Source: Rhodothermales bacterium
GTDB lineage: Bacteria; Bacteroidota; Rhodothermia; Rhodothermales; JAHQVL01
Assembly: GCA_965263205.1 (NCBI GenBank)
Contig: CBDHHF010000026.1
Span: forward strand, 155,486 to 219,485
Length of the DNA: 64,000 nucleotides
Direction: 5' to 3'
This document shows, in pieces, positions 21,631 to 30,108 of this stretch. Within the stretch, counting starts at the first letter, position 1. Every line of letters begins with the position of its first letter. The notes beneath the pieces are model-generated. The model saw only the letters and a list, made by a program, of their open reading frames with translations, was not told the origin of the DNA and did not search any database. The position numbers and the translations under genes are program-made.

Positions 21631-22464
21631 TCAATCGACTGGGGGCCGGCGCGTGATGTTCATATCGAGCGCCGCTTTGAGCGCGTTGCGCGTCCCGATC
21701 GAAAGATCAAACGATTGATCGATTTGTGCCGGGACCAGGTCTTCACGAAGCCGCGAAGGGACATCGGGAAGTCGCTGACCTGACAGCATCGTATAAAGTG
21801 TGGCACCACAGCCATACACATCTGACCACGGGCCATGTTTGCCACGGGGCGTGTATTGTTCGGGTGGTGAAAAGCCCGGCTGCTGGAAAGAAACGAGGTT
21901 TTGCGTTTTCTGCGCGAGCAACAGATGCGTCGTTTTGAACGACAGGAGCATGGGCCGGCCCGACTTGGTCAGGTAGATTTTCTCTGGAGAAATGGCACCA
22001 TGCACAAGCCCCTGGGTGTGTCCAGCACGGACACCATCCATGAGCGGCATTAATATCGTAACGGCTGTACGCGGAGACACTTTGCCGCCCTGTTGTTCGA
22101 GGACGTAAGCAAGCGATGCGCCAGCATGGTAGTCGAGGATTCTGTAAACCGTACCGTTTTCGCGGAAGAATTCGCGTTCTTTCACCACGTTAGGATGATC
22201 AATACGGGCACACAATGCGGCTTCCTTGGCAATTTTCTCAAGGCCGTATTGATACATTTCGTCCGCTTCCGGCGCAGTAGGCATCAATCCGACGCCTTTA
22301 GCGTCCCGTTTTGCGATGCCGGCCGGCAGATATTCACGGACAATGACCTGCTCTTCGTTCTCCAGGTCCCAGGCCAGATAGGTCGCTTCGAAAGGACCCA
22401 GGTCTCCCAGGACATTTCTAATAGCAAACCGCTCTTTTAGCACTGTGAGACGTGGCAGCTCCAT
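21631..22464 (-). CDS. Ser/Thr kinase-like (pseudokinase) domain; frameshifted into the downstream ORF at a C5 run near 21643
   Basis: HPNVV, GFSPPEQY, WSDVYGCGATLY retained; catalytic motifs altered; removing one C gives RRPQSIEAFRAMLVD, continuous with 19674..21617. Confidence 0.8.
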   Translation of the reverse strand: MELPRLTVLKERFAIRNVLGDLGPFEATYLAWDLENEEQVIVREYLPAGIAKRDAKGVGLMPTAPEADEMYQYGLEKIAKEAALCARIDHPNVVKEREFFRENGTVYRILDYHAGASLAYVLEQQGGKVSPRTAVTILMPLMDGVRAGHTQGLVHGAISPEKIYLTKSGRPMLLSFKTTHLLLAQKTQNLVSFQQPGFSPPEQYTPRGKHGPWSDVYGCGATLYTMLSGQRLPDVPSRLREDLVPAQIDQSFDLSIGTRNALKAALDMNITRRPPVD

Positions 22465-22795
22465 TGCTCTTCGTGAACTCCGTTAACCTGTGGTGTATTA
22501 GCGATAAACCGCGTTTTCGAGATCGATAGGGTATTTGGGAAGAATCGCTAAGGATACAAATTGCTTATCGAACAATTTGTTCTCAGAAAAGACAGCACGA
22601 TACAAAAAAAGCTACTGAAATCCTGTACAAAAAACCCAATAAAAATGAAAAAACCTTGAAGCGCGGTGGGGTTCCTATAGTTGTATTGTATTGAATGGGG
22701 GCTTCAAACGTTGTGAACAAACAAGTGCACGGTGTACATAACCAGGTACGTTACGCCATTTTGTCTCCAAAGATTTTCGGGCTCCTCCGGGCTGC

Positions 22796-23722
22796 TTACC
22801 CCCTGCGCTCCGCTACGGGGTCGCCGCCGCCCTCCCTGACTCCGTCCTGAACTCGGGCACAACGGAAACCAAGGTCGTTGTACCGGTCGCCAGGGGTGTT
22901 GACGATGCGGCACGCTGCACGCACGTAACGCGCGTCGTCGAGCCAGCTACCACCACGCCTAACCCGGTCGGGGCCCTCTTCTGGCCCCGTTGGATCGAAC
23001 GCGGCCTCACTGCCAAGATCCTCTAACCACCAATCTGCGCACCATTCCCACACATTTCCCAACATATCATATAACCCCCACGGATTAGCCTTCTTTTGGG
23101 CTACCGGGTGCGTTCCCGCTTTACTGTGATCATATTGTTTCTCTGACCAACCTGAAGAATCGGATCCATTGTCCAGGTCAAAATCCACACCGCTGTTCCC
23201 CCCGTACCACGCGATATCATCAAGCACTGGTGCATTGTTTGCTCCTTTGAGGTCAAGGTCGCCGGCATAAGTAGCCGCCACGGTACCAGCCCGGCAAGCG
23301 TACTCCCATTGCGCTTCCGTAGGAAGCACCAAACCGAGCCCGGGTATTTCGCCATTCAAGGTGTTGATAAATGCACTGCTATCCTCCCAGCTCACATTCT
23401 CCACTGGGCGATCCGGGCTCTTGAATCTGCTCGGATTATTCCCCATTACGGCTTCCCACAAGCGCTGCGTAACCGGCGTGTCGAACAGCCAGAAACCACG
23501 CGTAAGTGTAACCTGGTGTTGCGTTTCTCGACCATACCGTCCTGCCTCACTTTCCGGAGATCCCATCATGAACTGCCCCGGTGGAATCCATCGCATACGC
23601 TGCTCAACCTCACGGAAACGGAACACAACCCATATTCCGTATTCATCCTGCCCCCAACCAGAGGCCCAATCAGGTGGACATCCTGTGACCAAGGGGTGGC
23701 TTATTTTTTCTTCAAGTATCAT
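22796..23722 (-). CDS. DGR target 1: FGE-sulfatase/C-type lectin-fold protein with C-terminal VR
   Basis: FMMGSP, LPTEAQWEYACRAG, NPWGLYDMLGNVWEWC, RGGSW...GFRC; start MILEEK; no signal peptide. Confidence 0.93.
   Translation of the reverse strand: MILEEKISHPLVTGCPPDWASGWGQDEYGIWVVFRFREVEQRMRWIPPGQFMMGSPESEAGRYGRETQHQVTLTRGFWLFDTPVTQRLWEAVMGNNPSRFKSPDRPVENVSWEDSSAFINTLNGEIPGLGLVLPTEAQWEYACRAGTVAATYAGDLDLKGANNAPVLDDIAWYGGNSGVDFDLDNGSDSSGWSEKQYDHSKAGTHPVAQKKANPWGLYDMLGNVWEWCADWWLEDLGSEAAFDPTGPEEGPDRVRRGGSWLDDARYVRAACRIVNTPGDRYNDLGFRCARVQDGVREGGGDPVAERRG
22852..22976 (-). repeat. DGR variable region VR1
   Basis: 125-nt ungapped match to TR with 14 mismatches, all at TR adenines (T on + strand). 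Confidence 0.95.
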
Positions 23723-23735
23723 CGCGTTGCGAAAA

Positions 23736-23785
23736 AGGCTGTTCCGGTGAGTTTTCTCTCGATGGATACTCACACACCGGAAGCC
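23736..23785 (-). other. Stem-loop in the spacer downstream of TR (candidate DGR RNA structure)
   Basis: Minus strand GGCTTCCGGTG-TG-TGAGT ... ACTCACCGGAACAGCC can pair. Confidence 0.55.
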
Positions 23786-23858
23786 GATTGCTGTTTGCCG
23801 CACAAAGCGGACAGGATAAAGACCGGTTCAGGAAAGAAGCATCCACTCCATGCATGAG

Positions 23859-23983
23859 CTCGGGCACAACGGAAACCAAGGTTGTTGTTCCGGTTGCCAG
23901 GGGTGTTGTTGTTGCGGTACGCTGCACGCACGTTACGCGCGTTGTTGTTCCAGCTACCACCACGCCTAACCCGGTTGGTGCCC
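23859..23983 (-). ncRNA. DGR template repeat (TR)
   Basis: Would read [41 protein letters not shown]; 12 AAC codons; 22 nt downstream of the RT stop; three copies elsewhere differ at its adenines. Confidence 0.95.
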
Positions 23984-24004
23984 ATACGGTCCATACCCTT
24001 TTTG

Positions 24005-25018
24005 TTAAACCTCTTCTGTAAAACAAAAGTTTTGCGCGTGAACGCCCTGCCTGAAGGATACTGCATCAGCATGCGCCGTGACAGAAAAGGCTGCCGCGTA
24101 GCCGAGCTGCAACTTAGACGCGTCAATCCAGCCTTGCTGAAAGGCATTTTCCCATTTTTTCCAGGCTTTTTTATACCGCTTTTTTCTGCGCCGGCTCAAA
24201 TGAATGGCGCCGGGCAAAACCCGGAAACCGCAAAAGGGCAAGCCGTATCGGCTACGCTGTATACGCGGGTAATTTTTGATCTCCAGGGCGAGGTTTTGAA
24301 AGAGAAAGCCGCTTGCCTTATCGAGCGTATCTCTGGCCGCTTGCTTATCCTTACACCACCATACGACGTCGTCCATGTAGCGCACAAATCCTGAAACTTT
24401 GCACGTTTCCAGCAAGAACCTGTCTAGGCCCGTCAGATAGTAGTTTGCAAAGTTTTGAGACGTTAATGCCCCGATAGGCAGTCCACAACCGGGTTGAACA
24501 TGATAACTATCGATGATTCGGTTGCAAAGGCGAAGCATGCCCCGATTCTTCAGCTTCCTTGCCAGCAGCATTTTGAGAATTTCATGGTCGATACTGTCAA
24601 AATAGCGCGAAATGTCTATTTGCACGTACCAGGGAAAACGCTGTAGATGATGCTGCGCCCGCTTGACTGCGCGCACAGCGCCTTTGTTTTTCCTGCACGC
24701 ATAACTATCGAAAATTGCAGCGCGCTCCAGTATGGGGCCGATGTGATATATAAGCGCATGATGCAGCACACGCTCGCGAAATGACGGTGCACTAATTTCC
24801 CGCGGCTTCGGATCATAAACCCGAAAAGTATTGAACGCTCCCAGATCTAACGTCTCATGTAAGATATCGTGGGAAAGCCTGTGTAGCTCCTGCTCCAGAT
24901 TCGCCTCAAACTGCTTTACTTCCAGGCGATCACGTTTACCGCGCGCTGCACGCCAGAACGCATAGTTTAGCGTGTTGTAATCGGCCACTTCTGCCAGGCT
25001 GACGGCGCTCCTTTTCAT
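24005..25018 (-). CDS. DGR reverse transcriptase
   Basis: [40 protein letters not shown] (DGR-type GxxxSQ), RYMDD; 337 aa with no maturase or endonuclease domain. Confidence 0.95.
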   Translation of the reverse strand: MKRSAVSLAEVADYNTLNYAFWRAARGKRDRLEVKQFEANLEQELHRLSHDILHETLDLGAFNTFRVYDPKPREISAPSFRERVLHHALIYHIGPILERAAIFDSYACRKNKGAVRAVKRAQHHLQRFPWYVQIDISRYFDSIDHEILKMLLARKLKNRGMLRLCNRIIDSYHVQPGCGLPIGALTSQNFANYYLTGLDRFLLETCKVSGFVRYMDDVVWWCKDKQAARDTLDKASGFLFQNLALEIKNYPRIQRSRYGLPFCGFRVLPGAIHLSRRRKKRYKKAWKKWENAFQQGWIDASKLQLGYAAAFSVTAHADAVSFRQGVHAQNFCFTEEV

Positions 25019-25509
25019 GTTGGCACACCATCCCTTACGGGCACACCATCCGTTACTGGCTGCAATTTCTCTTGTTCTGCCTCTATCAGCTTCAGAAACG
25101 GATCTCCGTACTTTTCCACCCTCGTAGATCCGATGCCCTTGATTTTACCAAGCTGGGCTTTGCTTTTCACCTGCTGCCTCACCATCTCAGCCAGTTGTTC
25201 GTTGGTAAACAGCGCATACGCCGGCACGCCCTCCTTTTCTGCCATGTCTTTGCGCAATGCTCTCAACACCGCGTACATCTTAAAATCCTGCTCACTCAAA
25301 ACTTCTTTATAATCAATCTTACCCTTTCGAACAGGCGCCTTTTCGCTCATTTCCGTCCAGGTGACACAAAAAGTCCACGCGCTATCCAGCCCGGCATCTA
25401 CAAAGCGTTTCTCCACAGAAACAATGCGATGGCCGCTCAGAAAGCTATTCAGTTCATGTTCAAGGCTTGGGTCGCCGTGAATGGGGATGGTAAAAATGCG
25501 AATTTTCAT
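25015..25509 (-). CDS. HRDC-domain DGR accessory protein
   Basis: LRALRKDMAEKEGVPAYALFTNEQLAEM...IKGIGSTRVEKYG; GGAGG RBS before MKIRIF; 4-nt overlap with RT. Confidence 0.88.
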   Translation of the reverse strand: MKIRIFTIPIHGDPSLEHELNSFLSGHRIVSVEKRFVDAGLDSAWTFCVTWTEMSEKAPVRKGKIDYKEVLSEQDFKMYAVLRALRKDMAEKEGVPAYALFTNEQLAEMVRQQVKSKAQLGKIKGIGSTRVEKYGDPFLKLIEAEQEKLQPVTDGVPVRDGVPT

Positions 25510-25581
25510 GGCTTCCTCCCTCGGCGGCTTGCTCCCCTGCGCTCCGCTACGGGGCCGCCGCCTTCCCGACTCCGTCCTGAA

Positions 25582-25710
25582 CTCGGGCACAACGGAAACC
25601 AAGGTGGATGTACCGGTTGCCAGGGGTGTAGGCGCTCGCGGTACGCTGCACGCACGTCAGTACGCGCGTCGTTGAACCAGCTACCACCACGCCTAACCCG
25701 GTCGGTGCCC
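25582..25710 (-). repeat. DGR variable region VR2 (C-terminal FGE domain of the large target)
   Basis: Matches TR with about 11 substitutions at TR adenines plus 1-nt and 3-nt insertions. Confidence 0.9.
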
Positions 25711-26632
25711 TCTTCTGGCCCAGTCGGATCGACAACCATGTTGTCGCCTAGATCTTCCGTCCACCTATCTGCGCACCATTCCCATACATTACCCAGCATG
25801 TCGTACAGACCCCACGGATTCGGCTGCTTTGCGGCTACCGGGTGCGTTCCTGCTCTACTGTGATCGTATTGTTTCTGTCGACCAATCTGAAGAGTCGTAT
25901 CCATCTTCTAGTTCAAAATCTACACCGCTATTTCCCCCGTACCACGCGATATCATCAAGCACTGGTGCATTGTTTGCTCCTTTCAAATCAAGTTCGCCGG
26001 CATAAGTGGCCTCTTGTGTGCCCGCCCGGCAAGCGTATTCCCATTGTGCTTCGGTTGGCAGCACCAAACCAAGTCCAGGCATTTCGCCATTCAACCTCTC
26101 GATAAACGCAGTTGCTGTCATCCCAGTTCACCTGCTCCACCGGGCGATGCGGACTTTTGAATCTGCTCGGATTATTCCCCATTACGGCTTCCCACAAGCG
26201 CTGCGTAACCGGCGTGTCGAACAACCAGAAACCACGCGTAAGTGTAACCTGGTGTTGCGTTTCTCGACCATACCGTCCTGCCTCACTTTCCGGAGATCCC
26301 ATCATGAACTGGCCCGGCGGAATCCAGCGCATACGCTGCTCAACTTCACGAATACGAAACGAGGACCAGAGTCCGAATCGATCCCGCCCCACAGCATCAG
26401 CCCAATCGGGTTTCGTCATAGAGGAAAGCGTCAGCATGCCCTGGTCAGATTGCAATTGGATGCGCCGGCCCTGCGGCACGGCAAGCGAAATAGGCTGTTC
26501 GGGTTGGATCGTGTATTTGGTGCCGTGTTATTTCAAAGCGGGCCGGTTCGCCGGCTGCGGGAGCTTCGATCGGCTCCGCATCCGCTCCGCCGTCTCCGCC
26601 CGCAGGCTTCCTGTAGCTCATGCTTTCCTGAA

Positions 26633-26760
26633 CTCGGGCACAACGGAAACCAAGGAGGCTGCTCCGGTAGCCAGGGGTGTTGAAGTGGCTGCGGTACGCT
26701 GCACGCACGAAACGCGCGCCGTTGATCCAGCTACCACCACGCCCAACCCGGTTGGTGCCC
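26633..26760 (-). repeat. DGR variable region VR3 (internal FGE domain)
   Basis: Matches TR with about 14-15 substitutions at TR adenines and one extra NNC codon in an AAC run. Confidence 0.9.
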
Positions 26761-29154
26761 TCTTCTGGCCCAGTCGGATCGACAACCATGTTGTCGCCTA
26801 GATCTTGCGCCCACCAATCTGCGCACCATTCATCGACGTTGCCCAACATGTCGTACAGTCCCCACGGATTGGCCTTCTTTTGGGCTACCGGGTGCGTTTG
26901 GCTATCGCTGTTGGGACCATACCAAGCAATATCGTTTAGCACGTTCAACTCCTTCTCATATTCCAAATCACCGGCCCAAGTGGCCCATGTGGTTCCTGCA
27001 CGGCAGGCGTACTCCCATTGCGCTTCAGTGGGAAGTTGACTAAATTCGAGGCCCGGCATTTCGGCTATTCAACTTTTCTATAAATGCATTGGCATCCTCC
27101 CAGCTCACCTGCTCCACGGGCCTGTCAGCGCCTTTAAAGTTACTCGGATTTTCGCCCATCACGGCTTGCCAGAGTGCCTGGGTAACTGGCGTATCAAAAA
27201 GCCAATATCCCCGTGTCAGGACAACCTCGTGCTGCCTGCTCATCGCTCCCATCTGCCGATTTCCGTTTCAGGTGAGCCCATAGTAAACTGGCCCGGCTCG
27301 ATGTAGCGCAATCGCTGCTTTACATTTCCATATTCTAACGTAGCAGCGACACCATACTCGTCCTGCTCAAACGAGGCTGCCCAGGCGGGGCGGGTCATGT
27401 GCTCTCTGAATTGCCGGCCTGTTGCGGCATCTATCGCAACAGTAACGAGGTACCCTTCGGATGCACTCATTTCTTCTCCAACGGCATGCAGAAACGGCCT
27501 TGTCGAGCGTAGTAAAGCTACAGGAGATGCTGTATTTAATGCTGTTGTGGGAAGCTGTTGCGCTAGTTCCTTGATCGTAAACGTATCACCCGTCTGGTAA
27601 ATGGACCAGACGCGTTCGGGGCCGGCGTCGCCGTCTCGCCGCGGGTCGTAGCCGGCGGCGGTTTCAACCATGATGTCAGTCTTGTAAACCAGCGCATCTG
27701 TCTGCTGCAATTCTTGGCTCAATTCAGGCGTATTTCTCCATAACCCTGCGTTGAAATGTGCGTCCGCGTCTTGAAGCGTTTGAACCAGGCATACATCGCC
27801 GCTACATAACTCGGATCTACCTGGGCTTCCGAGCTACGCAACGTTTGCGCGATCTTGCGCAGGTCTTCAATTGCAGCACGCCTTTCATCCTCCGGAAACT
27901 GCTTCAGATCCTCTGCAGGCAGATTGAGCAGCTCTTCATACCAGATTTCTTTGGGGAGTGATTTATGCCATTGCTGAATGGCTTCATAGATTTTCCACCT
28001 GAGCGCGTCATCTTCTTGACCAAATCGCTCGCGCAACTCCTGCAGGGCATCCGGAGATATGGTGAGCGCTACGGATGATCCACTGGCGATATCGGGGTGC
28101 GACCAGACATCCGATTCTGTGCCTGCATCCGCCTCGCCCGGAGGCAACAGCCTTCGAATGGTACGCAGCAGGCCCGGTTCTACCCGGCTGGCATAAGAAA
28201 CCAGGCTCAACAGGCGTTCCGCACGTTTGGTAAGCTCGTCTCCGCTCCTGCTGTTCTCCGCAGTTGCTGATCGCTCCCAGTGCGCCATTTTGCAGGCAAC
28301 ACGTAATGGAACCGGCCACCGGCTTACCGGGGCGGGGACCATAGCCACCAACCTTCCGCCGGCTGCTTCCATGTTCTGCGCCAGATGGTACCACGCACGC
28401 ATGAGGGGTTTGTATCCTGTCAGACCGCCGCAATCTCCCAACACGAGTGTCGTTTCCGAGATGGTGATTTTCTTGCTGCGTCGTCGCCCCTTCCCCATGG
28501 GCATCGGATTGATCAACCCGTCGAAAACCCGGAACTCGTGCACGTTGTTTTTGCCCAGCCAGTGTTTAAGCCGGCGAATCACTTTGTCCTGGTCCTGCCA
28601 GAAAGGCGTTAATCGACGGCTACGGTCAACGATTACGTTGAGCCGGCGTGGCCAGCGTTTCCGATTCCGGAACGGAAGCGTGCGGGGCATACGGCCGCGA
28701 CACATATCACGAACCAGTACATCCACGTCCAGATTTCGACTCTGGGCGTCCTGAACGAGCAGCCGCGCGACCCGACGTTGCAAACGCGGCCAGGTAGCCA
28801 GCACCGGAGTTTCAGGCGTGAGCATTTCTCCAACAGGCGTGCGCTCCGTGAGCTCTGACATGGTGTAGGCTATCACTGGTTGCGGCGGCGGCTCTCGCTC
28901 ATCTTCCTCTCTAGACGGCTCGAATGCCTCAGCAAAGAAAAACGGCAGCGGCGCCCAGTCTAAACGCGACACCTGTGGTTCGAATGGTTCTGGCTCCTTC
29001 TCCACCTCAGTACGTTCCTCGCTCATGTGCTGCTCTTCAGCACTTTTCCCTTTAGGGCGTGCAACAACGTAATAGCCGGCGAGGTCGGCCAGTAAATCTT
29101 CTCGTTCGCCGGTTGCCAGCATTCGAACCAGGTCTGCGCGTCCACAAAGCGGCA

Positions 29155-30108
29155 TCAGGCCTCCGGGTGTTTCTTGAGCATGAATTGCTGGATACGCTCG
29201 AGCAAGTCAAGCTGCGTGTCTTTGGTTTTCGCCTGCTCGGTCACCGCCCGTACCAGATCCAGATACTCAGCCAGACCGGGCGCAGCCAGATCCATACGCC
29301 GCCAATACTCGCGATCTTTGCGAACCTGTCTGGCGGCTTCGTCGAGCACGTTTTTATCCACGTCTGGAAAGTGTTTTTCACCGCGACGCACCAGGAATTG
29401 CTCCAACGCTTCGCCTTCCTCCAGTTTCAGATGCAACACGAGACAGCGGCGTAAAAAGGCATCCGGCAGGGCCCGCTCTTCGTTGGTCGTGATTACAACA
29501 AGCAGGGGTTTGTCGCTTCTTTCGACGGCCTCATTAATGCCGGCTGGTTGAAAACGGCCGCTGCCAAAAGCTTCGAGTAAGCCATTGGGAAGGTCGACAT
29601 CAGCTTTGTCTATCTCATCAATGAGCAACACACACCCATTCTGCGGCTCGCCGCCATCCTGTTGCAACGGCGGTTCTACCCCAACCATTTCTGCCTGTTT
29701 TAGCGCCGAGTTCCAGTCAAATGCCCACCAGATTGGACCCGGGTGAATAAAATTCTTTTCAGCGAGTAAGGCACGTACCTCTTTTTCGTCTTCCTTTTTC
29801 AGTACGGCGGCGATTTGTGCTTCACCCAAACGGGTGACGGCATCCAACCGGTAGAGCAGATCAACAGCTTCGCTTCGGGCATCGATTGTGCAGGGAATGA
29901 GACCCCACCCCAGCGCCTTTGCCGCGGCCCGCGCCAGCTGCGTTTTCCCCGTCCCGGGCTCTCCACGTACCAACAAAGGCCGTCGAGCCGCAATGGCTGC
30001 GTTGACCGCGTCGATGGAATCCTGGTCGAAGACGTGCACCTGCTCAGGCGCATTGCCAACAACAGGCAGGTCGATGGTTGCGCCATTTTCGATGTTAAGG
30101 TAGATCAT
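29155..30108 (-). CDS. MoxR-family AAA+ ATPase
   Basis: RPLLVRGEPGTGKT, LLIDEIDKAD, ITTNEERALPDAFLRRC. Confidence 0.93.
   Translation of the reverse strand: MIYLNIENGATIDLPVVGNAPEQVHVFDQDSIDAVNAAIAARRPLLVRGEPGTGKTQLARAAAKALGWGLIPCTIDARSEAVDLLYRLDAVTRLGEAQIAAVLKKEDEKEVRALLAEKNFIHPGPIWWAFDWNSALKQAEMVGVEPPLQQDGGEPQNGCVLLIDEIDKADVDLPNGLLEAFGSGRFQPAGINEAVERSDKPLLVVITTNEERALPDAFLRRCLVLHLKLEEGEALEQFLVRRGEKHFPDVDKNVLDEAARQVRKDREYWRRMDLAAPGLAEYLDLVRAVTEQAKTKDTQLDLLERIQQFMLKKHPEA

Larger units (their letters stand above)
25547..29155 (-). pseudogene. vWA-like protein fused to two tandem FGE/CLec domains, each ending in a VR; split by about 7 frameshifts as assembled
   Basis: ORF pieces 27719-29155 (VIVDRS, LVLGDCG, RVEPGLLRTIRR), 27240-27722, 27040-27252, 26445-27059, 25988-26479, 25855-26121 and 25506-25904 join colinearly with target 1. 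Confidence 0.8.

Noticed and set aside
22465-22795. att direct repeat of the tRNA-Glu 3' end
   Set aside because: No convincing match to TGGTACCGCGTACGGG found by eye
22796-23722. Active formylglycine-generating enzyme
   Set aside because: The substrate-binding region is the hypervariable VR and no sulfatase genes are nearby; the fold is more plausibly used for ligand binding
23770-24147. Protein-coding ORF containing the NNN-rich motif
   Set aside because: It overlaps the RT 3' end and is the in-frame translation of TR, which works as RNA
24005-25018. Group II intron, retron or Abi reverse transcriptase
   Set aside because: Short RT with GxxxSQ, no maturase/endonuclease or VTG motif, and an adjacent TR with adenine-specific VRs identify a DGR
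25022-25057. 18-nt tandem duplication at the HRDC 3' end
   Set aside because: Only two imperfect copies (PVTDGV/PVRDGV) in a tail; no sign of function
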